A stretch of 41,346 nt of DNA from the IMG/VR virus record IMGVR_UViG_3300036845_000436, positions 1 through 41,346 of that record; one strand, written 5' to 3'. Position 1 is the stretch's first letter, and every line of letters starts with the position of its first letter. Position numbers and translations under genes: made by a program. The notes under the pieces are model-generated. The model had not been told where the DNA came from, did no database searches, and saw only the letters and a list, made by a program, of their open reading frames with translations. The stretch comes from a virus. Its lineage: Duplodnaviria; Caudoviricetes. Of this stretch, positions 27,411-36,401 are shown piece after piece.

Positions 27411-27665
27411 GGTGCTTTACCCTTTCAGTTTGATCCGGTACGCCGCTTTGATCGGAAAGAATATCTTTGCCTCTCTGGTTGGCGTAGTTTGTTCATTTCA
27501 CGGTTGGCAACTATGTGGGCAATCAAAGACTCTTTTACGACCGTCTTAAGGTCTGGGCCTTTGAAGGTTGATACTCGGTTCCCCTTGGCGTTTTTGAGAA
27601 TGACTTCGTACTCTCCATCCTCACTGAGCCCTAACTCGTCGTCGTGAATCCATTCGATTTCCACG
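27301..27665. repeat. 111 bp direct repeat (27301-27411 and 27555-27665), 4 mismatches
   Basis: Direct comparison; offset 254 bp. Confidence 0.95.
27425..27664 (-). CDS. Truncated paralog of the scaffold N-terminus, 79 aa
   Basis: First 37 aa identical to 26583..27410. Confidence 0.75.
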   Translation of the reverse strand: MEIEWIHDDELGLSEDGEYEVILKNAKGNRVSTFKGPDLKTVVKESLIAHIVANREMNKLRQPERQRYSFRSKRRTGSN

Positions 27666-27678
27666 CTGTTCTACCTTT

Positions 27679-28065
27679 TCAATTGGTCCCATACTCAGGG
27701 TCCGAGAAGGGTCTTGTAGGATCGAGAATGTTTTCGATCCTCTCCTCTTCCGGAGTTAGCTGAGGTACAGGAGTTGGTTTGGCAATGGAGGCGAGGAAGA
27801 GTTTTGTTTCAGACTGCAATTTGTCCTGCATGTGGATGAAGATTTGCCATGCCGCTTTCGCCATTTTGTGATTTGCGAGTACGGCTTTTTCGTCGGCTGG
27901 GTCGGTGTTGATTAAAATTGTTTCCTGCTCGATACAAACCATCTCCAACACGTCTAGCAGGTCGGGATAGATTTCGCTGCGGATGAGGTTGAGGAGGTTT
28001 CTTCGCTGGATCTGCGTTAGCTCTGCGGTGACGCCGAAGCTGCGCTCTGTGCGAATGTCGTTCAT
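27679..28065 (-). CDS. Hypothetical protein, 128 aa (MNDIRTE...)
   Basis: ATGA overlap; lies between portal and scaffold. Confidence 0.7.
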   Translation of the reverse strand: MNDIRTERSFGVTAELTQIQRRNLLNLIRSEIYPDLLDVLEMVCIEQETILINTDPADEKAVLANHKMAKAAWQIFIHMQDKLQSETKLFLASIAKPTPVPQLTPEEERIENILDPTRPFSDPEYGTN

Positions 28066-28307
28066 GACGGCTCGACTCGATTCTTGGCGGTGGCGCACAT
28101 CCAATGAATGTCTTCGTTGCTGCCGGTTCCAAAGTGGAACATGCCCACTTTGCAACTCTTGTTGAGCGCAACGGATTCGCGGGTCAGGATCACCACGTCA
28201 CGCGGCCTTATTTCGCCGGTCTCGATCTTTCGTATCAGTTGACGCACACCCATGCTTATGTCGTACTTGGTCCCCTGATCGATTCTGCGGAGGTTGGCCG
28301 GCATCAT
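28062..28307 (-). CDS. Hypothetical protein, 81 aa
   Basis: ATGA overlap with the portal stop; GGAGG RBS. Confidence 0.6.
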   Translation of the reverse strand: MMPANLRRIDQGTKYDISMGVRQLIRKIETGEIRPRDVVILTRESVALNKSCKVGMFHFGTGSNEDIHWMCATAKNRVEPS

Positions 28308-30424
28308 CCGCCTCCGGTGGGCGCAAAGAATTGTGAGCCCTGCATGGATCGCTCGTCGGCGGTGCGCTCTGCAAACGCGGCGGCTCTTTCAAGCGGCGAT
28401 TCGATAAGCGGGGTGTGGGTGGTCTTTACGGCTTGGGTGGTGATACGGCCGGATATTTTTCTGTCTTCAAGTTCCATATCGTTCTGGTGCTTCTGTTGCA
28501 GCATGGCGGCGTCCGCCTGCGCCTTGACGGTGGCCGGGTTGCTCATCTGCATCATCTGTTTTTCCTGATCGGTCATAGGAATTACAAGGTCGCGCTTGTT
28601 CTTCCATTCGCTCATCTCTAGGACCATGTTGATAAGCTCCATCGCGTTCACTTTCCATCCGGTTTCGGATAGCTGTTGGACGAGGGCTTGGTTGCCAAAG
28701 ACTTCAAGTAGGAAGGGGAGGGCCTGGGCCATCTTGTTCTTCGCGGCGAGGCGTGTTCCGGCTAGGGTATCGAACTTCACGCGCGCGTCCATGAAGTCTT
28801 GGAAGTCCACCACTAGGTCCGTCGTTCGCTCTGCCAATACATCTCGAATCTCAGAGATGGGCATACGTTCTTTCACCATCTGGAAGAGGAAGGTGAGGAA
28901 GGGAAGGAATACGCCGTCGATCACGCGCTCTACAGGGGATTGCAGGCGTGAGCTCGACGCGGCTCCCACGATGCCGGCTCCGGTTCCGCTGCGGGTGATG
29001 CTGGATCCTCGGCCTGGGATGCTGCCCTGTACGGTGGCCTGATCCGCTCCGGTTGCGCTCTCGCTGCTGGCGACTACCGATTGCATCGCGCGCCACGCAT
29101 CGGGCGGAACTTGAGGCTGCGCCACAAGCGCAATTGCCTTCGATGCGTCGTTGCCGTCCACCATGCGGATGCCGCCCAGTCGCCGGCGTTGATCCTGGGT
29201 GGGTACATTCGCTCCCCTCGCGACGGCATATTCCGGCTGAACCGCGAACGCCAGGATATCCAATAGTGCATTAATCATCCCCTGCTCTACGCGCTGGTCT
29301 GCGCCGGCGATACGTCCCACTCCCATGCCAAAGCCGGCGTTGTCTATGTCCCAATAATTCGCGCTGAGGAACGGCTTGTCGGGGAGTTTGTGTTTGCCGT
29401 TGCGGATCACGCATTTCTTTTGCAGCACCACCCGTACCTGACGTTTATCCCACCACTCCAAAACCTGCATCGGCTTCATGAGTGGATCTTCGCTAAAGTC
29501 CTGGTCGCGGTAGGCGGCATGGAAAACGCTGGTGTTCGCGGCTAACGATTCCTCGGTCCCCTCGATGCTCTCGGTCTGTTCCGAACTATCGGGCTGGAAG
29601 ATGGCGCGCAAGACTTCATCGGAAGGTATGTCGTAATCGTCGTTGTCGCGGAGTTTTGTAAGGTCGTCGTAATTTAAATAGCGTTCGTGGACGATCCATT
29701 TTGCTTTCCAAAGTTGATTCGGGTTCGCCCAGGTCGGATCAATGAAGACGGTCCCCAGTTCGCATTTCTCGAAGATGGGGCGGTTGTGGGTGACTTCGAC
29801 GTCGACGGCTTCAAACTCATCGGACTCTTCGGTAAAGACGGTGATCTTGTTCCCCAGCGGCATATCCACTTGCGGCGGGGCCTGCTTGCGTTTGTAGTGG
29901 GTTTCAACAACAGTTTCAGTCTCCCAGCCGATCTTGAAAATTACGGTCCCCTGATTAACCATGCCCTGAATGCCATAGCTCAACTCCTGCTTGAAACTGA
30001 TCTGGTCCAGCAGTTCCGCCACGAGCTCCGTCCACGCGCGCGCGGTGTCCGAGTGTACGTTTGGCCGGGGTCTGACCTGGAAGGGAGTTGCGTCCGAAAA
30101 AATAGCCCCTGAGATGGCAGGGGCTAGAGAGTTCACTTGCTTGGCAACTGTAAACCTTGAAACGTTCGAGCGGGTTACGGAACTACCCTCGAAGACGCCT
30201 AAAGTTCGCGGCGATTGATAGAGTATGTCCGTCTCGGACCAATTGAGCGGCCAACGTCGATCATTCAGCCACGCGGACGCGCGTAAGTAATCCTGAACGA
30301 CGATTGAGAGGGCGGCTGCGTCGGTGTACTTCGGGTCTATGGCGGGGTCGGTGGAGGTGTCCACGTCCCGCATGATGACGGGTGAGCTCCAAGTACCGTC
30401 CGAGACTAGCTGCGCCGTCGCCAT
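28304..30424 (-). CDS. Portal protein (podovirus type)
   Basis: ~706 aa; GTVIFKIGW, VFIDP, VLEWW, PF...GFGMGV...Q..IN..LD, TGA..QG..RSGTG, Q-rich tail; start 30424 or 30493. Confidence 0.88.
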   Translation of the reverse strand: MATAQLVSDGTWSSPVIMRDVDTSTDPAIDPKYTDAAALSIVVQDYLRASAWLNDRRWPLNWSETDILYQSPRTLGVFEGSSVTRSNVSRFTVAKQVNSLAPAISGAIFSDATPFQVRPRPNVHSDTARAWTELVAELLDQISFKQELSYGIQGMVNQGTVIFKIGWETETVVETHYKRKQAPPQVDMPLGNKITVFTEESDEFEAVDVEVTHNRPIFEKCELGTVFIDPTWANPNQLWKAKWIVHERYLNYDDLTKLRDNDDYDIPSDEVLRAIFQPDSSEQTESIEGTEESLAANTSVFHAAYRDQDFSEDPLMKPMQVLEWWDKRQVRVVLQKKCVIRNGKHKLPDKPFLSANYWDIDNAGFGMGVGRIAGADQRVEQGMINALLDILAFAVQPEYAVARGANVPTQDQRRRLGGIRMVDGNDASKAIALVAQPQVPPDAWRAMQSVVASSESATGADQATVQGSIPGRGSSITRSGTGAGIVGAASSSRLQSPVERVIDGVFLPFLTFLFQMVKERMPISEIRDVLAERTTDLVVDFQDFMDARVKFDTLAGTRLAAKNKMAQALPFLLEVFGNQALVQQLSETGWKVNAMELINMVLEMSEWKNKRDLVIPMTDQEKQMMQMSNPATVKAQADAAMLQQKHQNDMELEDRKISGRITTQAVKTTHTPLIESPLERAAAFAERTADERSMQGSQFFAPTGGG

Positions 30425-30552
30425 TGTGCCTGAACCTTCTTCCCTCGGAGTGGGGGGGTTACTCCTGGGAGTTCGGGCCGGCGTACTGACCACTTTCCTT
30501 CAATTCATGGGGTTACGGCTAAAAGCCTTACCGTTTTGGGGTTACTCGCAGA

Positions 30553-30581
30553 ATATTACCCCTATGTCGGCATAGCGACAA
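30553..30581 (-). promoter_or_regulatory. Putative late promoter with a palindrome in the spacer
   Basis: TTGTCG (30581-30576), 17 nt, TAATAT (30558-30553); CTATGTCGGCATAG at 30562-30575. Confidence 0.6.
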
Positions 30582-30610
30582 ACTCTAGTAATTATGCTAG
30601 TTCGCTTTTC

Positions 30611-30889
30611 CTACGCCTTTTGTAATCTGCACTTACAGGCATGGCGGTGTCCTCCGTACTCGCTCAGTCGGGCGATGTAGCAGGACGGGCGCGCGCATAT
30701 CGGATGGCCGTTGATCCGCGCGGCGGTCTGCAATCCACTGGCGAAGCCTTCGCCGTCGCAGTCCGCTCCGCAGTGACAACAGAGGTCTCCCGGCTCGACT
30801 GGCTTTAGCCGGCTGAATTTCGATCCCATTGTGGTTAGCTGCTTGCCGGTGTAACAGATGCCGGGGCGCGGTGCGGGGAGCAAGAGCAT
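30611..30889 (-). CDS. Cys-rich small protein, 92 aa
   Basis: TAATG overlap with the terminase stop; CCHCG...C....C. Confidence 0.55.
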   Translation of the reverse strand: MLLLPAPRPGICYTGKQLTTMGSKFSRLKPVEPGDLCCHCGADCDGEGFASGLQTAARINGHPICARPSCYIARLSEYGGHRHACKCRLQKA

Positions 30890-32634
30890 TATTCGAGTCC
30901 TGGGATCCAGACTTCTAAGCCTTGTGAGGTCGTTGTTGCATCTTCGATGCGCGGATCCTCGATCACTTCCTGCTCCTCGGGCTCCGGTTCGGGTCGCGCG
31001 TAGGCTCCGCGTCCATAAATCATGTTGTAGTGATCGCGCTCGCGCGCGCCTTGCCACGCGGCGTCCTCGTCGTCCAGGTCTTCGGCGGCGATGCTCTGGG
31101 GAAGATTGTCGGCTACGCGCGCCACGCAGTCCGGTATGGCGTTCTCGGGCAACATGCCGTACTGGGTAAACTCCAACATCAGGGCTCGAAGCTGCTTGAG
31201 GCCGGCGTTGAAGAGTAGGCGTCCGGTGGCAAGTAGCGATTCGATGTTGCGGATCCGAAGGTCGCGCTCGCCGGTGTCCTCCTCGAAATCTTTCCAGTCG
31301 ATCGACGTGTCCCAGCCGGTAGTCAGCGCGTAGTTGTGGATGGCCGGGGCCATGAGGCGCGCGCCGGGGGACTCTTCAACAGAGATGCGGTGCTGGCTGT
31401 GCTTGCGCGCGAGATTGACGACGTGCTTCGCTAACAGGCTGGGCTTGTAATGTCCCTCTAAGGCCTCGATCACATAACAGCGGTTGCGATGCAGCATCCC
31501 CACCACGGCGGCGGCTGTCTTCCAATCTTTTTGCCGGCATGGAAAACGCCAATGGATGAAGACTTTTCCTTCTAGCGGTAGCTGTGTCTCTTCCACCATC
31601 GCGGCTAACATCTGATCCTGCGAGAAAACCACCTCGGCGGCTCCGTACTCGTCAAGGTTGTACTGGGTCATAAAACTATCGAATCCGCTCTCATATTCCG
31701 CTTTCAAATAGTCGTAACTCAGGATCGTGGGGAAGTTAAGAATTACTTCGCCTTCATCCGGAAAACCGTTGGGGTCCAGCCGTTCTCCATTCTTGAGCGT
31801 GAGGGCTGGTTTTATAACGCGCTGAATGCTGCCTGGGCGTGAGGTAAGAACCTCATCGGTGAAAAAATCACCCGTTCCATAGATGGTTCCTACCTTCCTC
31901 TCAATGCCCCACGGTAAAAGCACTTTTCTGTTCAATTTGTATTTTTTTGTGATCTGCTGGCGCGCTGCGAATGTCTGTGAATTGCGGTTGGAACTAAGGT
32001 CGTCGATGACTAGGACGTTTGGGTGGTATCCGCTGACTCCTGACTCCACCGATTCCCCCCAGATGGCCGGCTCGATAATCTCCGGATCGGTCTGTCGACG
32101 GGCGGCGGTAAACTCGCCGGCGTCGGGCTCTTTCTCGACGCACAGTTCCGGCCAAAGGGCTTGAAAGAGGGTCGGGGGGCGGTTGGCCTTGCGATAGAAG
32201 AAGCTCCCCACTTGCCCCACGAAGTCCCATGCGAGGTCGCGGCGTCCGCACATAATCATGACGGCGATGGTGAGCGGCCAACAAATGATGAGTTGAACGC
32301 AGTTAGCTAAGGAGATGGTGGTTTTATATACACCACGCGGAAGCAGGAGAGAACCGCGCTTTGGAGACTGAGTGCGACACCATTCAACAAATGTTAGGGA
32401 TGGCTCTTTCTTCTGAAAAAAAACGAACGCATCATGGTGAACTTCCTCATCTACGAGACAGTATCCGAGGATGAGGCACAGCGCATAGAGGTTGTATTGG
32501 CATACGCGCCGGCCTGCCTCTCGAATGGCCTCATCCTCCTGCACTAGCACCGTTAGTTCCGCGCGCCATTTTTTGTTATCGCTGTTTTCCTGCGAAGTAT
32601 CTTTTAGACGCCTCCAATCAAAGGGCATGAGCAC
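30889..32634 (-). CDS. terL: Terminase large subunit
   Basis: Walker A LLPRGVYKTT, SGYHPNVLVIDD, VGT.Y..GD, F.TQY, RIRNIE....GR; upstream of the portal. Confidence 0.85.
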   Translation of the reverse strand: MLMPFDWRRLKDTSQENSDNKKWRAELTVLVQEDEAIREAGRRVCQYNLYALCLILGYCLVDEEVHHDAFVFFQKKEPSLTFVEWCRTQSPKRGSLLLPRGVYKTTISLANCVQLIICWPLTIAVMIMCGRRDLAWDFVGQVGSFFYRKANRPPTLFQALWPELCVEKEPDAGEFTAARRQTDPEIIEPAIWGESVESGVSGYHPNVLVIDDLSSNRNSQTFAARQQITKKYKLNRKVLLPWGIERKVGTIYGTGDFFTDEVLTSRPGSIQRVIKPALTLKNGERLDPNGFPDEGEVILNFPTILSYDYLKAEYESGFDSFMTQYNLDEYGAAEVVFSQDQMLAAMVEETQLPLEGKVFIHWRFPCRQKDWKTAAAVVGMLHRNRCYVIEALEGHYKPSLLAKHVVNLARKHSQHRISVEESPGARLMAPAIHNYALTTGWDTSIDWKDFEEDTGERDLRIRNIESLLATGRLLFNAGLKQLRALMLEFTQYGMLPENAIPDCVARVADNLPQSIAAEDLDDEDAAWQGARERDHYNMIYGRGAYARPEPEPEEQEVIEDPRIEDATTTSQGLEVWIPGLE

Positions 32635-32686
32635 TCCTCTTTGACGTAAAATGACGACACATCAACCCAGCCGTGGAGGGCTGCGT

Positions 32687-33394
32687 ATGACCAACCTGAT
32701 CGCGCAGGATGTTGTGTCGTCTTCTGAATCTTACCGCTTTATTCCCCTCACAAAAAATCAGGTCGCCGCTGTCGACGCGGAAGATTTTGAGTGGCTGAAT
32801 CAATGGCAGTGGTGCGCACTTAAGGGAGAGAGTGGATATTACGCTGTGCGGCGCAATGCTGAGGGGAAGGTTATTCCCATGCATAGCGTCATCATTAAAG
32901 TTCCGCGTGGCAAAGTGGGGGACCACTGGAACGGGGACACGCGCGATAACCGTCGTCGTAACCTTCGCGCCATAACCCAGCGAAGGAACGCTCAAAATTG
33001 TGGCCTTAGCCGGAATAACACCTCGGGTTTCGCCGGCGTTTCTTTTATGAGGGCCTTGGGCAAGTGGGAGGCTTACATCAATGTTCGCGGACGGAAAAGG
33101 AACCTGGGATATTTCGGGTCGTGCGATGAAGCGGTGGAGGCTCGGAAGATGGGGGAGATTCGATATTTTGGAGAAGTTGTGCGCTCTGCTTGTCCTCCAC
33201 GTATCACGGACTGGCCTACATCTCCGCTGCCAAGAGCGATGAGGGTCAACAATACCAGCGGAACGGTTGGTGTAAGTCTTCATCGTAAAACTGGAAAATG
33301 GATGGCGCGAGTTTTCACGGGTAAGACGACACACTATCTCGGGCTTCATGCAACGCGAGATGCGGCGATAGCGCGGATCGCGGCTTGGCATTAA
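32687..33394 (+). CDS. HNH endonuclease with two AP2-like domains
   Basis: IPLTK..AAVD.ED, MH, DHWNGDTRDNRRRNLR, NNTSG..GV twice; GGAGG RBS before the 32687 ATG; opposite strand to neighbours. Confidence 0.88.
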   Translation: MTNLIAQDVVSSSESYRFIPLTKNQVAAVDAEDFEWLNQWQWCALKGESGYYAVRRNAEGKVIPMHSVIIKVPRGKVGDHWNGDTRDNRRRNLRAITQRRNAQNCGLSRNNTSGFAGVSFMRALGKWEAYINVRGRKRNLGYFGSCDEAVEARKMGEIRYFGEVVRSACPPRITDWPTSPLPRAMRVNNTSGTVGVSLHRKTGKWMARVFTGKTTHYLGLHATRDAAIARIAAWH

Positions 33395-33675
33395 GCCTCG
33401 TCGTCGTCCGGCTCTGCGGCTCCTGGCTGGCCTTGCGCGTTCTGCTGCATGTGTTCCTGAATCATGGCTTGCAGAGCGGCCATATCGGGATGCTGGGTTT
33501 CGATGCTGCTCTTTTGCCCGTCTGCCGGCGGGTTGCCGTTCTTATCGCGGAGTTCGTGTCTTGCGATGTATCCGCCGTTATCGGCATGGCGAATGTGCAT
33601 TTCGTGGGCGTGAAGTTTTTTCCCCTTGCCGCCTAAAATCTTCGCGGCTTCCGGTGCGTGCGTCATTGTGTCCAT
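33391..33675 (-). CDS. Hypothetical His-rich protein, 94 aa
   Basis: GAGGTG RBS before MDTMTH. Confidence 0.7.
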   Translation of the reverse strand: MDTMTHAPEAAKILGGKGKKLHAHEMHIRHADNGGYIARHELRDKNGNPPADGQKSSIETQHPDMAALQAMIQEHMQQNAQGQPGAAEPDDDEA

Positions 33676-33680
33676 CTCTT

Positions 33681-33842
33681 TCACCTCTCCCATGATTTAG
33701 CTGCTTCAACTCTGATTTGCGGGTCTGTAATGGTGTGAACGTCGATATATTCCTTTAGCTTGTCAGCCTCTTCCTGCGAGAAAAACCGTCCCTCTATCTC
33801 TGTCCGTACCGCCTTGAAGTGAACCGCGCTTAACGTGTCCAT
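33681..33842 (-). CDS. Hypothetical protein, 53 aa (MDTLSAVHF...), absent from the ORF track
   Basis: Hand translation; fills the gap between neighbours; AGGAG upstream. Confidence 0.55.
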   Translation of the reverse strand: MDTLSAVHFKAVRTEIEGRFFSQEEADKLKEYIDVHTITDPQIRVEAAKSWER

Positions 33843-33845
33843 CTC

Positions 33846-34094
33846 TCACTCTCCTACGGTGGCAATGGGGTGGGAAAGCGGCTCGATACTCTCTGTAATC
33901 CGAACGTGAACGATCACTTTGTCCTCGATGCGCTCGAACCTGTACCACTTGCGCGGATCCGGATGCGTGAGCTCATAGAGCATCTGGGGGAGGAGTACAA
34001 GGCTGATCCTTACGCCTTCAACGATCAGGGCGTCGCCGTAAATCTGAAAGCTGGTTATCCCTCTCATCTCTTGGGCGGTCTCAGGTAGTTGCAT
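33846..34094 (-). CDS. Hypothetical protein, 82 aa
   Basis: GGAGG RBS. Confidence 0.7.
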   Translation of the reverse strand: MQLPETAQEMRGITSFQIYGDALIVEGVRISLVLLPQMLYELTHPDPRKWYRFERIEDKVIVHVRITESIEPLSHPIATVGE

Positions 34095-34344
34095 CGTTGC
34101 GCCTCCGCAATGCCGTTCGTCTCACCTGGGCGATAAAGCCATCTTCAAATTCGATTTGGCTGAGTGTACCGCTGTTTTTGAGGATGCGGCAATTCTGCCC
34201 CATGCGTCCGAACATATCGTAGCGGAAGCGGTGGCGATAGCCTTGCTCCTGCTCCTGCGCCGGCGTCTCCCCCAGCCTGCGGATGCCGATCTTGATTAGC
34301 TTGTCGACCTGTTTCTCTTCGCCGGTCCTGTCGCGTTTCTTCAT
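34081..34344 (-). CDS. Hypothetical protein, 87 aa
   Basis: AAGGAGG RBS, ATGA overlap. Confidence 0.7.
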   Translation of the reverse strand: MKKRDRTGEEKQVDKLIKIGIRRLGETPAQEQEQGYRHRFRYDMFGRMGQNCRILKNSGTLSQIEFEDGFIAQVRRTALRRRNDATT

Positions 34345-34538
34345 TGGATCGAGCCTCCTTTCGTTGTGAGTGTCGTCGGGCTGGTTCGCTCGAATAGTTC
34401 CTTTATGTCTTCTCTTGTGGCGACGCGATGAACGAAGACGAAGACTTGTTGGTCATCGTCGGTGACGCCGTTCCAAAGGCGGCATTCGATTCCGTCTATC
34501 CATACAACATGCTCGGTTGGCTCCATCAGGATTCTCAT
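34341..34538 (-). CDS. Hypothetical protein, 65 aa (MRILMEPTE...CRLWNGVT)
   Basis: GGAG RBS, ATGA overlap. Confidence 0.7.
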   Translation of the reverse strand: MRILMEPTEHVVWIDGIECRLWNGVTDDDQQVFVFVHRVATREDIKELFERTSPTTLTTKGGSIQ

Positions 34539-34801
34539 TGTTTGGGCATCTCCGAACATGGGACTTTGATAGAGCGCGGATCGTCGGGTCTGCCGGCGGT
34601 GGTGCAACCAATCCGGCTCCCGCAGATAAGGCATTCGAGGCTGTAATATCCGCACCTCTTTGCGGGGTAGGGAAGTTGTACAGTGCATCCGTCCCTGTTC
34701 GGCATAACCACCAAATCTATGCCGTCTGGGTAGGCCGGGTCGGGTGGGCATTGCGGCTCTTTGAATCGGTCGATCCATTCGATCTTGAATTGTTCGCTCA
34801 T
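34535..34801 (-). CDS. Cys-rich phage protein, 88 aa (MSEQFKIEW...TTAGRPDDPRS)
   Basis: ATGA overlaps; CPPDPAYPDG, LPYPAKRCG, CxxCG. Confidence 0.7.
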   Translation of the reverse strand: MSEQFKIEWIDRFKEPQCPPDPAYPDGIDLVVMPNRDGCTVQLPYPAKRCGYYSLECLICGSRIGCTTAGRPDDPRSIKVPCSEMPKQ

Positions 34802-34896
34802 CCCCATCCCCATGCGGCTAGGATTATCCCGAGTCCGAATAGGCTTATCAGGGCTACCCAGACAAAAAACGGAACCTTGTAGCCGTCTCCATTCAT
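34798..34896 (-). CDS. 32 aa single-pass membrane peptide, absent from the ORF track
   Basis: MNGDGYKVPFFVWVALISLFGLGIILAAWGWG; ATGA overlaps on both sides; GGGAG RBS. Confidence 0.65.
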   Translation of the reverse strand: MNGDGYKVPFFVWVALISLFGLGIILAAWGWG

Positions 34897-35153
34897 AGGG
34901 CTCCCCGATATTCAAAAGCGCGGATGCGGGTTCCGGTATCGTCCTGCATCGTCTCATCCGGATTGCGACGCAGCATGAGGTAGGTTCCGGAGATACCGGA
35001 GTAAAAAACAACTGCATCGCTCCCAATCTCCCGTACCCACATGCTTGCAGCATAGGGACGATCATCGCGTCCCACTACCACAACCGTCTTCACCACTAAT
35101 TCATGGGCTAGCAGTTCGCGGCCTATTTCCGAGTTCAATGGTCCCTCTTCCAT
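34893..35153 (-). CDS. Hypothetical protein, 86 aa
   Basis: GGAG RBS. Confidence 0.65.
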   Translation of the reverse strand: MEEGPLNSEIGRELLAHELVVKTVVVVGRDDRPYAASMWVREIGSDAVVFYSGISGTYLMLRRNPDETMQDDTGTRIRAFEYRGAL

Positions 35154-35455
35154 CGTCTTTCTCCGTCGTGGGAACCGTCCCCAAGCTCTGTTTTCTCCCG
35201 CTCCCTATCCATCTGCTCTAGCAGTCTATCCGCGAGCTCTGCGTGGACTCTGTGGAGGTGTCGGGATTCGCTGCGGAAGGAGATAAGTTGCGCCACCATG
35301 ATAAGGAAGGTTACTCCGCATTGGGTGACGATGGCCGGCTCGATCCCGTACAGCTTAATGAGGCCGAAGCTGGCGAAGGATCCCAGCACATAGCCGATGG
35401 CGATAAAGGTCCAGCGGAAGGCGGTCCCGGTCACAATCTGGTGTGCGAAGTCCAT
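35135..35455 (-). CDS. Two-TM membrane protein, 106 aa (holin-like topology)
   Basis: AGGAGG RBS; two hydrophobic segments and a charged C-terminus. Confidence 0.6.
   Translation of the reverse strand: MDFAHQIVTGTAFRWTFIAIGYVLGSFASFGLIKLYGIEPAIVTQCGVTFLIMVAQLISFRSESRHLHRVHAELADRLLEQMDREREKTELGDGSHDGERRWKRDH
35168..35183. promoter_or_regulatory. 16 bp motif GTGGGAACCGTCCCCA, copy 3
   Basis: Exact match; just upstream of the 35153 start. Confidence 0.6.
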
Positions 35456-35457
35456 GT

Positions 35458-35754
35458 TTATTCCTCCTGCGGGGCGGGTGGCTTGATCCCCAAATCTTCC
35501 GGCGATTCCGGCTCCTGGCCGTCGTGTTTCCGCATCCACTTGGCGAATCGATTGAAGAGTACGCGCATCTCTGGGGTGCTGGGCCGGTTGCAGTAGCGGC
35601 AATGGCTTTGGTCTACCAGCGAACGGAAATAGTTCTTGCGCGCCACGGTGCATTCTGGGCTGCACGTCACGGCGTCCTTTTTGCGCGTGGGCGGAATCGG
35701 CTTCATGCACATCACGCAATGAATCACGGTTCCGCTATAGGTGTCTTTTCTCAT
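35458..35754 (-). CDS. Zinc-finger protein, 98 aa (MRKDTY...)
   Basis: CVMC, TCSPEC, CRYC; ATGA overlap. Confidence 0.7.
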   Translation of the reverse strand: MRKDTYSGTVIHCVMCMKPIPPTRKKDAVTCSPECTVARKNYFRSLVDQSHCRYCNRPSTPEMRVLFNRFAKWMRKHDGQEPESPEDLGIKPPAPQEE

Positions 35755-36401
35755 TGTTCCGCCTTCACATATTTCCAAGTTTTTCCGGTTCTTATATGTC
35801 TGACGGTTCTAGTCGTCACTTTGAAGCGCGCGGCTAGGTGGGCGTCGTCATAGCCTCCTGCCCTGATAATCTCGACTTCACTACGACACAGCTTTAATCC
35901 CTTCGTGCGGAATCTTTGATTGCGCGCCTGCTGCTTTCGCGTCGCCCAACGGCAATTCTCAGGTTCATAATTTCCGTCGTTGTTTCGGCGGTCCAGGGTA
36001 TGCCGCTTTGATGGACGTCGACCCATATCCGCCAGGAACAATTCAAAACTTTCCCTCCATCTCGGACACACCGTTATCCCTCTTCCCCCGTAGTCTGGAT
36101 AGCAGGGTCGGTTTGGGCAATAACATCTAGTCTTCATGTTCAGCCAAATGCGGTACTCAGCGGTTGTCTTGTCTCCTGAGCAATCGCCGTGTATGCGTCT
36201 ATTTTTTCTTGATTCACATCCACAGCTTGTAGTGTTTTCAGAGCTAAGATTGCTTCCGATGACAATTATTTTTCTTCGTCTGGGACAATCGCATATGCAC
36301 TCCCACAATGCTGCCCCGCGCTTATTATGTCCCGCGTGTTTCAACACTGTGAGATGAGCAAATTTTTCCCCAGTCAGGTCTTTGTAGCTGCCTTTAATCA
36401 T
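35751..36401 (-). CDS. HNH-type homing-endonuclease-like protein
   Basis: DLTG.KF..LTV, W.CICDC, TTSCGC, YGGRGITVC.RW, TLDR.NNDGNYEP.NCRWAT. Confidence 0.88.
   Translation of the reverse strand: MIKGSYKDLTGEKFAHLTVLKHAGHNKRGAALWECICDCPRRRKIIVIGSNLSSENTTSCGCESRKNRRIHGDCSGDKTTAEYRIWLNMKTRCYCPNRPCYPDYGGRGITVCPRWRESFELFLADMGRRPSKRHTLDRRNNDGNYEPENCRWATRKQQARNQRFRTKGLKLCRSEVEIIRAGGYDDAHLAARFKVTTRTVRHIRTGKTWKYVKAEQ

Noticed and set aside
32618-33391. 257 aa - strand ORF upstream of terL as the small terminase
   Set aside because: It is the antisense shadow of the clear HNH-AP2 gene; the same applies to 40477..41160
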